This document shows, piece by piece, positions 48,682 to 59,870 of a DNA stretch of 64,000 nt. Each line of letters begins with the position of its first letter. Position 1 is the first letter of the stretch. Source of the stretch: Diplonema japonicum (taxonomy: Eukaryota > Protista > Euglenozoa: Diplonemea); NCBI GenBank assembly GCA_964019335.1, contig OZ025659.1, positions 434,001 through 498,000 of the forward strand, read 5' to 3'. The notes beneath the pieces are model-generated. The model had not been told where the DNA came from, ran no database searches, and was given only the letters and a program-made list of their open reading frames with translations. Both the position numbers and the translations under genes were made by a program.

Positions 48682-48714
<33 letters not shown>

Positions 48715-48717
<3 letters not shown>

Positions 48718-49371
48718 TCGAAGATCGGGGTTCAGAAGAAGGCACCGAGCTGGAAAGCTGACGCGCTGCAACCGGACGGCAACCTTGTGTCGATCGCCTC
48801 CGAGGACTACAAGGGGAAGTACCTGGTCCTGTTCTTCTACCCGTTGGACTTTACATTCGTGTGCCCAACAGAGATCTGTCAGTTCAGCGATAGGGTAAAG
48901 GAATTCAATGACATTGGGTGTGAAGTGGTGGGGTGTTCCGTGGACTCAAAGTTCAGCCATCTTGCGTGGACGAAGAAAGACAGGAAATCAGGCGGGCTTG
49001 GGAAAATGAACATCTCTCTCATTTCTGACATCACCAAAAAGATCAGCCACGACTATGGTGTCCTCATCAGAGATGGCTCCGACCAAGGCATTTCTCTCCG
49101 TGGCCTGTTCATAATCGACCCCAAGGGGATTGTGAGGCACACCACGATTAACGATCTCCCCGTTGGCCGTAACATTGATGAGGTGCTTCGAGTTGTCAAA
49201 GCCTTCCAGTTTACCGACGCCAATGGTGACGTAATGCCATGTGGTTGGACCCCCGGTTCCAAGACCATGAAGGCTGACCCCGAAGCCTCACTGGAATATT
49301 TTTCTACTGTAGAAAACAGGAAGCGTCCGAGAGACGAAACCGAGGAATCTCGAAAGATGCCCAAGGCATAG
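48715..49371 (+). CDS. typical 2-Cys peroxiredoxin (Prx1/AhpC) with MPC resolving motif and basic C-terminal tail
   Basis: [35 protein letters not shown] and EYF. Confidence 0.95.
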
Positions 49372-50080
49372 AAAAAAAAAAAAAAAAAAGATTTTTTTTT
49401 TTTTTTAGTAGATTTTTTTTTTTTTTTAAAGGGAAGGGGGGGAAAAAAATCTTTTTTTTTCATATTTTCTCCTACAAACAAGCCAGATTTTTTCCCCCCC
49501 TCCTTTTGCCCCTCGATTTTTAACGTTAGATTATTTTTTTTTTTTTTCGCATGAACAAGAAAAACAATACATTGATAATGAATAATATTGCTAAAAGAGT
49601 AGTGGTGGCATTGTTGGGCTTATCCTTCTACAGGTTAATCCCGGCTGTGCACAAACAATCAACCGACTCTTTTTCTTCTTTTTTTATTTTTTTTTTTTCA
49701 TATTTATTGTGAAGAGCAGGGGAAAGAACAAGGGGCCTTCTTTAAGAAGGTTTATTATTTACCGTAAAAGGGAAAAGAAAAATTACCAGAAGGAAAATCA
49801 TCCGCTTCCGGACATTTTTCCTTCCCGTGTTTTTTTTTTTTTTTTTTTTTCTTTTTACAGTTATTTCAATTTCTTTTCTTTTTATAAATATCTTCTCCTT
49901 TCTTTCGCCTTCATTATCCGCAACGCTTCTTCCTCTTTCGTTTTTTTTTTTTCTTCTTTTTTTTTCTACTTCTTGCCTTTAAAACCCCCCCCCCCCCCAC
50001 ACAGAAAAAAAAGAAGAAGAAAAAAAGAAAAAAAGAGAGGAAGACGGAAATGAATTGGACAAGCAAATGAGAAATCGACA

Positions 50081-52168
50081 ATGTCCGAAGGTTCAGGCAG
50101 CCCTACAAAGAACCAGAGTACAAGGCAACGGTTGTCCTTGCTTCCTCTAGCAGACGGCGGGGAATGGACCGCGGTGGTAGAGAGCCCGAGCCCGCAAGGA
50201 CGGCCGCTGGGAGATCCAGACACAGTACCCGACTTGATGCAGGCGCTGTCGTCGCCCCCCGCATCTCGTCCGCCCGCTCCACCTGTACCTCCACCAATTC
50301 TAAACCCGGAGCTTGAGAACAAAACATACACATTATACAAAACAGGTGAGTTCAACGGGTTCGGTTTCCACTTAGACAAAACAACTCTCTCTCTTACCAG
50401 GGTTGACAAAGGAGGCCCCGCTGACGCAGCGAACATACAAGAAAGCAACGGCCTCATCCTCGTCATGGTGGACGGCATAAAGGTAGACGATGTAGCAAGC
50501 GTTGAAGAGAACCTCATCGGGAAGACACAGATCAAACTGACATTTTCGAAAAAACGTCTTTCCGTATTTATGACGATGCCGCTGAAGTCGAGCGTGTATA
50601 GCAACACATCGCAAAACGAACTTGACACCCCGAGGCGGTTGGATGTAACATCTGAAACCGCTGAGGAAAACGACCAACGTTTTAAAGTCAAAGCCCGGTG
50701 GGACCGCGCGTTATCTGCGTCTCTGTTCAAAGTGCAGAAACAAAAGGACGCGAAACCACCGCAGGAATCGGTGTCGATTATGTCTTTATACACCACAAGA
50801 ACAATTTCACACGCGGGGTACGAGACAATCGCACTGGCGTTCTGCTTGATTGTCGTGACATGTTTAATGTGTCTTCCATTGATAGTGTGGCTTCGGGTTG
50901 GGTCATGGTATACTGAAATTAGCCCGAAATACTATGAAGTTTCAAGTAGAGCGCGTACAGATTGGGCTGGGATGGAATGGTTTGCACTGGTTACCGCGCA
51001 ACTTGCGATTACAATTAGCATGGTTCCCATGGAAGCATGGAGATGGATCGTTACGCTGAAAGTAATAGGAACTGCTGCGATTTTAATGTGGATCAACACC
51101 ACAAAAATCGAGGGGCGAACATCCGACTTTGATTACCTCCCAGGGATATTAATATTGATTTGTATATCCATTGCCGATGTTGCCTATCTGTACGCGGTAA
51201 AACGAAGTAACTCATGGGTGATCTTATTCGCAACGACTGTGTCGATTGGCTACATTGCACTTTTGTACTTTTTTATACTTCGACCTTACGAAGCCTCTGG
51301 GTCATGGTTGAAACTGCTCATTCGTGCGGTGGCGCTTCCCGTTTCGCATCATTTTTTCGTGAATATTTTGACAACCGTAGGAAGGCACTTGTCTAATCCA
51401 GAAGCGCCGTTTTTAACCATCGCAATGAGTATAATGGTCACATCTGGGTCATCGGCAGCTGGGAGGTTCATGATGTTAAACAGTGAACAGTGGGTTCAGG
51501 TTACATTAATGTTCGTCGTGGCGTTGCTAGAGTTCTGCGACCGTGCGTTTTACCTCAAAAAAGTTAGTTTGATCGATCGATTTGTGTGTATAAAACTTAA
51601 AAAGATGACCGAGGACGATTTTGAAGATTGGTTGGCCGGTGTTTGGTTTCAAGATTCCGTGTCCGCAGATTTCTTCTTCGGCATCACATCGGAGGTGTGC
51701 GCTATAACTGGAGCGAGTTTGCTAGCTTACGTTTCATGGGACGACGCAAGATACTTCTTTGATTTGTACGGCCCCAACGGTTCCCCAGGTGTTTGGTCAG
51801 GGGTGTATTTATTTCTTCAACTGTTGCTTGAGTGTATTGTGACAATTTTGTCGCTTCCCTTGCAGACGAACCACCTCGACATGAAGCTGCCTCTGCTCGA
51901 GTTCCTTGTCAGGTTTGCCAGCAGGCCTCGGCTGACTTTTCTCGCCTTCACCGCTATTTTCGTCTCGCTCACCACTGTGCTGTCATCGTCGCAGATTGTT
52001 CTGAAGTACCCTGCCTGCTCGGAGCTTGTGTCGCCCGATCTTCAAGAGTCATGCCCGAGGTTCCACCTCTCCTCAGAGTCTGGTGGGATCGTCTTCCCTG
52101 CGTTGAACACTACGTATTGCTGCGGATGGGACTCTTATTTGGAAAATATTTGGGTTCACTTTCCTTGA
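50081..52168 (+). CDS. multi-pass membrane protein with N-terminal PDZ-like domain
   Basis: GFGFHL...LTRVDKGGPADAANI...LVMVDGIKV, followed by about 10 hydrophobic segments and a Cys-containing C-terminal loop. Confidence 0.75.
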   Translation: MSEGSGSPTKNQSTRQRLSLLPLADGGEWTAVVESPSPQGRPLGDPDTVPDLMQALSSPPASRPPAPPVPPPILNPELENKTYTLYKTGEFNGFGFHLDKTTLSLTRVDKGGPADAANIQESNGLILVMVDGIKVDDVASVEENLIGKTQIKLTFSKKRLSVFMTMPLKSSVYSNTSQNELDTPRRLDVTSETAEENDQRFKVKARWDRALSASLFKVQKQKDAKPPQESVSIMSLYTTRTISHAGYETIALAFCLIVVTCLMCLPLIVWLRVGSWYTEISPKYYEVSSRARTDWAGMEWFALVTAQLAITISMVPMEAWRWIVTLKVIGTAAILMWINTTKIEGRTSDFDYLPGILILICISIADVAYLYAVKRSNSWVILFATTVSIGYIALLYFFILRPYEASGSWLKLLIRAVALPVSHHFFVNILTTVGRHLSNPEAPFLTIAMSIMVTSGSSAAGRFMMLNSEQWVQVTLMFVVALLEFCDRAFYLKKVSLIDRFVCIKLKKMTEDDFEDWLAGVWFQDSVSADFFFGITSEVCAITGASLLAYVSWDDARYFFDLYGPNGSPGVWSGVYLFLQLLLECIVTILSLPLQTNHLDMKLPLLEFLVRFASRPRLTFLAFTAIFVSLTTVLSSSQIVLKYPACSELVSPDLQESCPRFHLSSESGGIVFPALNTTYCCGWDSYLENIWVHFP

Positions 52169-52199
52169 AATGGAAATGCGGGAGGGGGGGGGATACTAC

Positions 52200-52330
52200 C
52201 TTCGGATTTCTAATGTGAAGCCTACTGTTTCGTCACGGGATTTTTTTTTTTTTTAAAGAAGCACATAGGAATTTTACTCCGGGTCTCATGAGCATGAAAG
52301 AAGGTGAGGCTTCACATTAGAAATCCGAAG
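52200..52330. repeat. perfect 24-bp inverted repeat just downstream of a stop codon
   Basis: cttcggatttctaatgtgaagcct (52200-52223) / aggcttcacattagaaatccgaag (52307-52330). Confidence 0.9.
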
Positions 52331-52341
52331 CGAAAGCTATG

Positions 52342-52377
<36 letters not shown>

Positions 52378-52444
52378 GGCGTTTGTATAGAGGTTACAAA
52401 AGAATTAGAAGAGAAAAAAAAAAAAACTATTTGTAACCCCGTCT

Positions 52445-52487
<43 letters not shown>

Positions 52488-53605
52488 TACAAAAAAAAAT
52501 CTATGGGTGTATCATGTTGTTTCTCTTTTTTTTCTTCATTTTTCTTTTTTGGATACCTTTTTTTTTTTTTTTTTTTGAAAAAAATGAGCTCATTCAGAAA
52601 AGAAAATGTCCACAACTGACCGAAATAGTTCTAAGTAAACTTCGTGTGCAGACGGACACAAGAGTCGCAATTGAAATAACGGCTTGTCCTTTTTTTTCTC
52701 TTTTTTTTTTCCTGCTCAAATATGCAAAACAAGAAAATTTTGGAGTGGACATTTTTTCCCTGCTGAGCTCATGTGATGTCCAATTCGTAGGGAACCGGAG
52801 AACAGCAAACCGAAGCGAAATACCTAATGCAAAAAAAAGGGGGGGGGGGAAGGGGGAAAAAAAAAGGAGAAAAAAAAAGAAACGACAGGTAAATTAAAGA
52901 GAATGGAAAAGAAAAAAAAAAGAAGAAAAAAATGTGGCGTTCTCTTTTAAAAAAAAAAAAAGTCCCCTTCTTCGTTTTTCTTTTTGGTCGTTACCATGTG
53001 AAAACTTGGTTTGACTTGGTTTGACTTGGTTTGTGTGTTTTATTTAGTTTTATTTTTTTTTTTTATTCCCTGTTTTCAGTTCCGGTTTTTTTTTTTTTTT
53101 TTTTTTTTTTTTTCCTTCCTGCCTCCTTTCCCCTTCTTTTCTTCGTTTGAAACAAAATATGAGTTTGAAATAAAATAAAAAGAAGAAAAGATGAAAAACA
53201 AATTAAAACCCACTTGCGAACAAGAAAATAAAGAAGTGGGGGGGGGGGGTCATAAACTGTTTTCACTTTATCGTATACATATATGGTGTCACCTCTTTGG
53301 GTGACAACCTCTGTATCTGTTAGTCAAGTTGAGGATGTGAGAGTACTGGGGGCAAAGCGCCCATTCATTCCCCCCATCCCATCCCATCCCCCTCAATAGT
53401 CCACAGTCACTCCGGGTAGGGGGATACAAAAAAAAGGAGAGGTCACTTTTATTTTATTTTTTTATTTCTTTTTTTATTTTTCACCATTTATGTTGTTCAG
53501 AACTCTTCTACCACTTCCCCCTTTCCTCTCATCTTATGTTATGATTTTTATTTTTCCCCCCTTTTTGTAAGGACCCTTCTAAAACCGAGAAATTTTTAGG
53601 ACACA

Positions 53606-53637
<32 letters not shown>

Positions 53638-53640
<3 letters not shown>

Positions 53641-54943
53641 AGAGGGAAAATACCCCGATGTGTCGCGCAACGCCAGCAAAGACGGCGAGCAACAATAAAA
53701 GCAAAGTATGAAAAGGATCCGGACGTGCCGGTTCCGTCGCTGCACGCTGTGGGGGTGCGGGTCAAGGATATCGCGAGATCGATAACATTCTGGAAACAGG
53801 TTTTCGGGTGGGAGGTGATGCACGTGGCCAACGTCGATTCCGTAGGTTTCACCATGGCCTACATAGGCCCCAGGTTCCCCAACCAGTTCACCCCTGCCAG
53901 ACTATCAACAAAATCCAATCTAAGAACCGGCAAAGACCTGACACCCCAACCGGGAACGATGGACGCTCACGACTACGTATTCCACAACCACGGCACCTGC
54001 CTTAAACTAATAGAACTCCAAGAACACCGGTACAACCACCGATTCACAATCTCCGACGGGAACACAGCACCCCATCTGGGTTTCGGTGGGATAGGCGTGC
54101 TAACAGAGAATCTAGACGAATTCTGTCGGACGCTCCACGTCAACTCCATTCCCATCGTCGCTGAGCCTTCTCAAGACGATGATTCTGTTTTAATCAAAGA
54201 CCCCAATGGTTATGCTGTTCGAATTGCGCAGCTTAACCACGGTTTGTACAAGGAATCCAAGCACACGAGCCTGTTAAACACGATCCATGCTTGTCGGGTA
54301 CGGGTCAAGAATCCTGAATTCTCGCTTTTTTTCTACGAGGAGCTCATGGGTATGAAGCTTATCTGTAAGACGCAGCACCCTTCCCTCCCTATCACCCGGT
54401 ACTACCTGTGCACCTCTGCGCAGCTCGGGATCGACCAGCCTGCGCTGTATCCTTTTCCCGACCCCGCATCTCAGGAGGCCTTGATATTGCTGAACAGTTT
54501 GAAAATCAGTTTTTTAGAGCTGCAGCACCACCACGGCACGGAGTCCAGGGAGGACTTCGAGTACCACTCCGGGAACTCGGAGCCAGTGGGGTTTGCGAAT
54601 ATCAATTTCATGGTGGAAAATGTAGATGTATGGCACGGGGGGGGGGGGGGGGGTTATTTAAAAAAAGAAGGGGAAAAAAAAAAAAAAACCTCCAGGCCAC
54701 TGTAAAACTCATGCTCGATGCAGGCATCTTTGTCATCAAAAACAAAGGTGAGGGCGCATTCCCGCAGTCGGCTTATTTTATGGACCCTGATGGGTATTGG
54801 GTGGAGGTATGTTTTTTTTTTTTTTTTTTCCTTTTTCTGTTCCCCATCCAAACCCCTCCCCCTTTAAGGTGTATCCCAGATGTATGCGCGATTTTGTCAT
54901 TGTAGACGACGGTGAGGACCGTAGCCGCGCTCGGAGCAGTTGA
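53638..54943 (+). CDS. two-domain glyoxalase I-like (VOC) protein with degenerate metal ligands; introns 54628-54695 and 54807-54868
   Basis: VRVKDIARSITFW...FG, IKDPNGYAV, VRVKNPEFSLFFYEELMGMKL, FLELQHHHGTE, YHSGNSEPVGF and spliced MDPDGYWVEV. Confidence 0.85.
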
Positions 54944-55037
54944 TTTACTCTTTTTTTTTTTTTTTTCCGACCTGCCATCTCATCGTAAGAGGAAGAAGGA
55001 AAAAAAAAAAAAAAAAAAACAAGAACATGCCACGGTA

Positions 55038-55532
55038 ATGAGCAGCCCTTCACCAAGGATACCCTGTCGAGAGTCAGGCGACGAGGAAGAGAGCGTTCCT
55101 GATGTTCACGATATCAGCCATGAAGTGAACCCTGTAGTGAAGCACTTGTCGGAAAAGAGCAGGCGGTTGGAGAGGGAGAACATGGAACAGAGTAGGCAAA
55201 TCGAGGAGCTCAAATCAGAGCTCGTGTTTTCCCAAAGGGAGTCCGAGTATTGGAAACAGCTTGCTACTGCGTTCAGCGGTGAGGACGTGGTTGCAGTCCA
55301 GAACCAGAAGATCCAGCAGCTAACCGCGAAACTCAAAGAAAAAAAAGCCAGGATAGCCAATATGCGGCATTTGCTTCAAATGCACTTAAATCTACGTCAA
55401 CCTGTGTCCGATTTGAACCTACTCCAGGCTATACAAGGAAGTATTTCACCCTCCCCTTCCCCTGCCCGGGACTACGGCCCACCAACCTTTATAAGAAGAA
55501 CTGAGGTATACATGGGGGAAGTGGGGTTATGA
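55038..55532 (+). CDS. small coiled-coil hypothetical protein
   Basis: Heptad-rich ORF KSRRLERENMEQSRQIEELKSEL...KIQQLTAKLKEKK. Confidence 0.65.
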   Translation: MSSPSPRIPCRESGDEEESVPDVHDISHEVNPVVKHLSEKSRRLERENMEQSRQIEELKSELVFSQRESEYWKQLATAFSGEDVVAVQNQKIQQLTAKLKEKKARIANMRHLLQMHLNLRQPVSDLNLLQAIQGSISPSPSPARDYGPPTFIRRTEVYMGEVGL

Positions 55533-56335
55533 GGGGGGAAAAAAAAAAAAAAAAAAACACACACATATATATATATTTGAAACGTAGTTTAAGCCCCGGC
55601 CATTCTTAAGGGGTGCAGGAAAAAAAAAAAAAAAAAAATGAAGGTTGGGATTAAAAAAAAAATGGGGGAAACGGGAGGGGGGGGCAGGAGGATGCAACTC
55701 GTTTTCACAGGTGGTTCCTATGCATGTCAGTAACACCCCTTACGGGAATTGGTGTGTATGAGGGATCGTGTCCTGCGGGGAATGAGAAAAACCCCCGCCT
55801 TTCTTTCTCTTGTTTCTTCCCTTTTTTTTTCACCCTCCTTTTTTTTTCCCTTTTTTTTTTGAACCCCTTGCATATGGGATGGATTTCTTCGGAAAGCCAG
55901 CTTAACGGAGATTGATGCAACAAAAAAAAAAAAAAAAAAAAAGAAATAATGGGGAAAAAAAAACGAAACAAAAAAAAAATTAAACACCCAACACAGAATT
56001 CAAAACCATCACCCGGAAGAAATGTAGAGTAAAAAAAAAAAAAAGAAAGGAAAAAAGAAATGTAGAGTAAAAAACACACACACACACAACACAAAAACGC
56101 TCACTTATGTTTTTTTTGGTGGTGGGGATAACATGGAAATATAAGAAGTACATCAGATGTGTTGTTCGCTGTTGACCTCCTCGTCGGTCATCACCGGGAG
56201 CGCCCGAGTGGAAGAACGTAACGCAGATGCTCAGGGTGACGAACAGGCAGCAAACTGCACGAACGCAGAATCTTGGTTACCCGGGACGCCCCGGCTAGGG
56301 TTGAGCACACCGCACGCATTAAGGACACGACGCGG

Positions 56336-56386
56336 AACGCAGAAGAAGCTACAACTCGGCCGAGGAGCGCCCCCTGTAATCAAGTA
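56336..56386 (+). repeat. second copy of the dispersed repeat, at the end of a GC-rich non-genic block 56157-56386
   Basis: Similarity to 47657-47708. Confidence 0.75.
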
Positions 56387-56551
56387 GGTAGTTCGTGCTT
56401 CATTGCACGCTTAACGCCACCTAGTGTTGCAATCAAAGCCCCATTTTTTTTTTTTTTGTTTCTGTTTTCCCCGTTATCTTGTTGTCTTACGTCGTATCAA
56501 AAAAAAAAAAAAAAACAGCGCTTCATCACAAAAAAAAAAAAGAGGGAAAAA

Positions 56552-57271
56552 ATGACCAGCATCGGTAGGTTCATTCTGGTGGGTGCCCCTGGGTCGGGGA
56601 AGGGGACGCAGTCACCTGCGATTGTGGAGAACTTCGGTGTGTGCCACATTGCCACCGGTGACGCGCTTAGGGCCGCCATGGCAGCGGGGACAGAGGCAGG
56701 GAAGGCGGCAAAGGACGCCGTGAACTCCGGAAAGCTTGTGAGCGACGACATTGTGACGAAGATCGTGGCTGACGCCATCGAGGAGCCGCAGTGCAAGGGG
56801 GGCTTCGTTCTGGACGGGTTCCCCAGGACCGAGAACCAGGCGAACATCCTCGACAAGATGCTTGCGAACAAGGGGCAGTCCATCGACAAGGTCGTCTCCA
56901 TTGAGGTCCCCAAGGAGACCCTCATCGAAAGGCTCTCCGGAAGGTGGATCCACAAGAAATCAGGACGCAGCTACCACACCGTTTTCAACGTTTGTGAATT
57001 TAAAAAAAAAAAAGTTTTTTTTTTTTCCTCTGAATTATCATAACACCCACAGCCGCCCAAGGCCGCGAAGGTTGACGACGTGACCGGTGAGGCGCTGGAG
57101 CAGCGTCCCGATGACAAGCCTGAGACTGCCGTGTCCCGTCTTGCCACCTTCGACTCCGACACCAAGCCTGTCCTCTCCCACTACGGGGCTCTCAACAAGG
57201 TTGTCACCATCGACGGTAACAGGAACATGACTACTGTTGCGTGCGATGTTGGCAGGGTGGTATGTAGTGGG

Positions 57272-57320
<49 letters not shown>

Positions 57321-57361
57321 AGCTTGGTGCCGCCATCCAGACCAAGTCCTCCTCCGCGTGA
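56552..57361 (+). CDS. adenylate kinase (AK2/ADK1-type, long LID); introns 56990-57052 and 57260-57322
   Basis: GAPGSGKGTQ, HIATGDALR, GFVLDGFPRT, GRWIHKKSGRSYH and spliced NPPKAAKVDDVTGEALEQRPDD. Confidence 0.96.
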
Positions 57362-57881
57362 GCGAAGTTGGCGGGGAAAAAAAAAAAAAAATCACGTATC
57401 GATTTTTTTTTTTTTTTGTTTTTTTTCCAGTGGTGCGCCCTATACAGACACGATGAGAGCGCCCATTTTTTTTGTTTTTCCCTGGTGGGGTCGGTTTTCT
57501 TTTTGCTTCGCACGTTCTCCTCCCCATCATAGGTTTTTTTTTTTCTATTTTTATTTTTTTAATATTTCTTGCGTAAAAAACAACACTCCTAACCCCCCCC
57601 TCTAGTGGTGATTTTTTTTTGTTCCTCGTTTTTTTATTTTTCGTAGTTTTTATTTTTTTTCCAAAAGGGGGTTGTTGTTTTTTTTTTTTTTTTTTTTTTT
57701 TTTGAAGAAAAGATGATTGCCGTCTTCTTTTCTTTCAGTGTGTCTTTTTTTTTTCTTCTTTTTTTTTTGAACTGGGAGGGGAGGAAAAACCAACCAACTA
57801 TTTTTATTCATTTTGTTATCCTCTTTTTTTAAATACTACCAAAAAAAAAAAAAGAAAGGGAGGGAGGCGTTTAAAAAAAAA

Positions 57882-58650
57882 ATGGCTAATGAAATAGAGC
57901 ATGTGAAAGCAACGAAATCGGATTACTACGCAATGTTTAATATCCCCAAAACAGCAACAGCTGAAGAGATCAACAAGGCATACAAGAAACTTGCGTTCCA
58001 ACTCCACCCCGACAAAAATTCGCACAAGGACGCCGAAGATCTGTTCAAATTGGTGGGGTCTGCGAAAAAGATTTTACTGGATCCTGAAAAGAGGAATATT
58101 TATGACACGAAAGGAGAAGTTTCCGATCAGGAGGCTATGAACATCCCGCTGCCTGTCTTTGTGGCTGGAGTGTTAGAATGGATCTTCAAGGGTACTGTTT
58201 ACCAGGAGTCAAGAGAGCAACCACACCCAGACGGATCAACACCTCTTCCTCCTAATAGAAGCCCAGCTTGGCATTTGGTCCCCATTTTTATGTACATTAT
58301 TGTGCTTTTGGTATGAGAAAAAAGAAAAAAAAAAAAAAAAATAGGTAGCGGTCCTGCAGCCCACCTCCGACATCTACGGTGTCTCTCTCCAGCCCGACAG
58401 TTCGGCAGGCATCACGACCCCTACCCACCTCACCTCGATTCCTTTTCCCTTCTACACCACTCAAGAGACCCATCTTGCTATTCACAGATCAGAAGAAGCA
58501 AGCGCCAAAGCGGAGGATGCTGTCATGAAAGCGTACAATAAGCTGAAAAGAAAACGGTGTGCGGCCGCCAAGGCCGTGTCGCTGCAAATGAAGGATCGCG
58601 GTGTGGCAGGCAGCGAAGCGCACATCAAATCCGTTTGCTCCGTTGTTTAA
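57882..58650 (+). CDS. DNAJB12/14-like membrane J-domain protein; intron 58311-58344
   Basis: J domain DYYAMF...INKAYKKLAFQLHPDKN, TM segment WHLVPIFMYIIVLLVAVL, and a spliced lumenal domain with two Cys ending at TAA 58648-58650. Confidence 0.85.
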
Positions 58651-58741
58651 AACAACAAAAAAAAAAAAGATTTCCTTTATTTTTCATCTCTTTCTCTTGT
58701 CTTTTTTTTCAAGTTTTTTCCCCCCAGGGAGAAGAAAAAAA

Positions 58742-59848
58742 ATGCGGTCGAGGAGTAAAGACATCGGCCGTCCCCTCCCATGGGGGGGTTCTGGTGGGCG
58801 GGTGCGGGAAGACGTCCCCCCATGGGTGCCTCCTCCAGCGACGTCGAGCCCTTCGAGGTATCGGAACCCGTCTCCGCCTATGTTGAAGAGGAGAAGGTCG
58901 ATGAGTAGCAGCCGGCGCTCGGCAAGCGGCGGAAGCAGCTACATGACACGGGGCACCACCCCGAGGAAAGGCCAGTCGCAACGAGACGAACGTGAGCCGC
59001 GATCGTCAAGAAGAAGCCGCCAACACCACCACAGCCACAGCCACCACTACCATGATGAACAGCACAAACAGCAATATCAGCACCAGGGTGGTGCAGTGAG
59101 CTGGCAGGATGTCGGCAGCTCACTAACAGAAATCCGGCACCTCATCGAGAAGAAGGCTTCTAGCAGAACCACCCCGCGCTCCGAGCTCTCATCCAGAAGC
59201 ATATCCCCGCTCCGGCCCGTGAAGACCCAAGCACAACGGGAACACCAACAACATCACCTACAACAGCAATCCGAAAGAGAGCTTCGTAAAGAGCTAGAAG
59301 CACTTGACTCTGCTCTATCCACCCACAAATCCTCGAGAGGGCACATAACTGCACCCCCTGTGACCCCTCCTATGTCGCACAGTACGAGATTCACCGTTTC
59401 CTCTCATAAAGAACAGATGTCTGCAACGCAGATGTCAGCAACGACTGTGGAGCAGGATGAGATTGAACTCAGCGATGTGGATTTTGAAGACCCTGGGCTT
59501 TTGGATTTTGAAACGCCGGCGCACAGCGAGCTTCGCATGAGCGAGATCAAGCAGATGATCGCTTCAAAAAGAGACAAGGGTGCCGAGAGGAAGAAGACCT
59601 CCGGAAGCCTGCCTCCTTCCCTCTCAAAGGCGTGGAAGTCCCTGATCTCCTCCATGGTGTTGTCCTTGCACAACTCCGACAACTTGACGCAGTTTGTCGA
59701 ACCGACACCCGAGCCACTCCCTGAAACGACACTGTCGGCGTGTTTATCTGACATCCTGGGACGGACCGGAGAACAGGCAAAGGTCGCACCGGAGGCATGC
59801 AACAGCAGGGAAGAGCTTGTGACTCAATTGGCTCATATGTTGATGTAA
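58742..59848 (+). CDS. Ser/Arg-rich low-complexity hypothetical protein
   Basis: 368-aa ORF from ATG 58742 with RS-rich, His/Gln-rich and short coiled-coil segments. Confidence 0.65.
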   Translation: MRSRSKDIGRPLPWGGSGGRVREDVPPWVPPPATSSPSRYRNPSPPMLKRRRSMSSSRRSASGGSSYMTRGTTPRKGQSQRDEREPRSSRRSRQHHHSHSHHYHDEQHKQQYQHQGGAVSWQDVGSSLTEIRHLIEKKASSRTTPRSELSSRSISPLRPVKTQAQREHQQHHLQQQSERELRKELEALDSALSTHKSSRGHITAPPVTPPMSHSTRFTVSSHKEQMSATQMSATTVEQDEIELSDVDFEDPGLLDFETPAHSELRMSEIKQMIASKRDKGAERKKTSGSLPPSLSKAWKSLISSMVLSLHNSDNLTQFVEPTPEPLPETTLSACLSDILGRTGEQAKVAPEACNSREELVTQLAHMLM

Positions 59849-59870
59849 TCTTTTTTTTTTTTTTTTTTTT

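Noticed and set aside
53006-53033. ttggtttgac x2.8 repeat as telomeric or regulatory
   Set aside because: Too short and not TTAGGG-like; ordinary slippage.
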